The position numbers and the translations under genes are program-made. DNA of 64,000 bases, taken from Planctomycetota bacterium. Lineage in GTDB: Bacteria; Planctomycetota; UBA1135. Positions within the stretch are counted from its first letter, which is position 1. Every line of letters starts with the position of its first letter. Shown one piece after another: positions 63,153 through 64,000 of the stretch. The stretch lies in contig RFGR01000014.1 in NCBI GenBank assembly GCA_003696625.1, positions 15,730-79,729 of the forward strand, given 5' to 3'. A model generated the notes under the pieces. That model made no database searches. It was not told where the DNA came from and saw only the letters and a program-made list of their open reading frames with translations.

Positions 63153-64000
63153 ATGCTGATCAGCGCCGCCCTGACGACCGCCCTGTTCCTGGCCCCCGCC
63201 CTGCCCCAGAACGAGATCGTGCTGGTGGACGGCAAGGTGATCCCGGTCAAGTCGATCCAGACCGAGACCTACAGCGAGGTCACCTACAAGACGCTGAACG
63301 GCGGCGACGGCCGCAAGGACGCCTCTCTCGTCCGCGAGGTCCGCCACGACACCGGCTCGGCCGTGCTGGAGGACTACGTCACCGGCCTCGAACTGATGGA
63401 CAAGGGGGACTTCCGGAACGCGATCCAGTACTTCCAGCTCGTCCTGCAGGATCGCGGCGCCAGCCATGGCCGGAACGCCTGGACCGTCCAGCACTCCTGG
63501 TACCGGATCATGCTCTGCGCCTTCGCCGACGCCAACTACAGCGGCGTGGTCGAGGCCGCCGATGCCCTGCTCCAGGCGGTTCCGGACACTTTCTTCTACG
63601 GTCCGGCGCTGATGATGAAGGCCCAGGCCTTGGCTCTGCGCGGCGATCGGGCCGGCGCCGAGAGCGCCTACCGCGACCTCGCGGCGGCGGTCGACCAGAA
63701 AGGGCTGCCGGAGCGCTGGGCGCGGGAGGCCGAACTGGGGCTGGTCCTGCTCGACTCGAGCCTGCGCGGCAACGCCAAGCGGACCAAGCTCGACCAGATC
63801 CAGGCCCGGAACGAGCGGGAGTATCCCACCGTCGCCAGCCGCGCCAACGTCGAGATCGGCATGAGCTACCTCGAGGAGGAGGACCTCGAGCGGGCCGAGG
63901 GCTTTTTCCAACGGATCCTCGATCAGGGCCGGGCCGACGACATGACCGAGGCCTACGCCTGGTTCGGGCTCGGCCAGGTCGCCTACAAGCGCGGTCTCGC
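63153..64000 (+). CDS. exported TPR-like repeat protein (3' end beyond the window)
   Basis: Not in the track because there is no stop. ATG 63153 has GAAGGAAG upstream. MLISAALTTALFLAPALPQNEIVLVDGKVIPV..., then helical repeats (GDFRNAIQYFQLVL, EDLERAEGFFQRIL, EAYAWFGLGQVAYKRG). Confidence 0.7.
   Translation, partial: MLISAALTTALFLAPALPQNEIVLVDGKVIPVKSIQTETYSEVTYKTLNGGDGRKDASLVREVRHDTGSAVLEDYVTGLELMDKGDFRNAIQYFQLVLQDRGASHGRNAWTVQHSWYRIMLCAFADANYSGVVEAADALLQAVPDTFFYGPALMMKAQALALRGDRAGAESAYRDLAAAVDQKGLPERWAREAELGLVLLDSSLRGNAKRTKLDQIQARNEREYPTVASRANVEIGMSYLEEEDLERAEGFFQRILDQGRADDMTEAYAWFGLGQVAYKRGL

Overview
Very GC-rich bacterial chromosomal segment (judged by eye, not computed). I recognised no rRNA, tRNA, CRISPR array, transposase or integrase. 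About 60 protein-coding genes can be supported. Most long Arg/Pro/Gly-rich ORFs in the six-frame track are antisense or out-of-frame shadows. Many real genes are only the C-terminal part of an over-extended ORF. I reset those starts using 4-nt ATGA/GTGA stop-start overlaps, signal peptides and family-typical N-termini.

Content, in order:
(i) 1-6836: minus-strand exopolysaccharide operon (Wzz/GumC-like co-polymerase plus five glycosyltransferases), divergent from an outer-membrane beta-barrel gene across an unusually AT-rich 444-bp spacer.
(ii) rsfS, the H+-pyrophosphatase hppA, a DedA protein, an ABC-ATPase operon and a divergent FHA protein.
(iii) 17158-22847: second glycan cluster (three GT4 genes, a Wzx-like flippase, an IDH/IPMDH-family dehydrogenase).
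(iv) A CDF transporter, then hutH translationally coupled to an M64 peptidase, followed 4 nt later by an EEP-BNR fusion.
(v) An NHL propeller gene plus a 16-haem cytochrome gene.
(vi) An active/inactive M14 carboxypeptidase pair.
(vii) A TlpA-like thioredoxin-fold gene interrupted by an in-frame TGA, followed by an fdhF-like SECIS hairpin. This is a probable exported selenoprotein that ORF callers truncate, and it is the most interesting item in the window.
(viii) FG-GAP protein, hutU, an LtaS-like sulfatase-family protein, glutathione peroxidase, speA, an HExxH protease, an NYN-CSD fusion, a nucleoside transporter and an SGNH hydrolase.
(ix) A lower-GC cluster of small membrane, zinc-ribbon and DUF4097-like genes.
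(x) PNP, peroxiredoxin, a ClC channel, a PduO-type adenosyltransferase, a prenyltransferase-repeat protein, patatin, DUF523, XdhC and a TPR protein.

Recurrent regulatory pattern: TAGAAT/TAnnnT -10-like hexamers sit 6-9 nt upstream of many start codons, which implies frequent leaderless mRNAs. All family assignments come from motif recognition by eye. No database search was possible.
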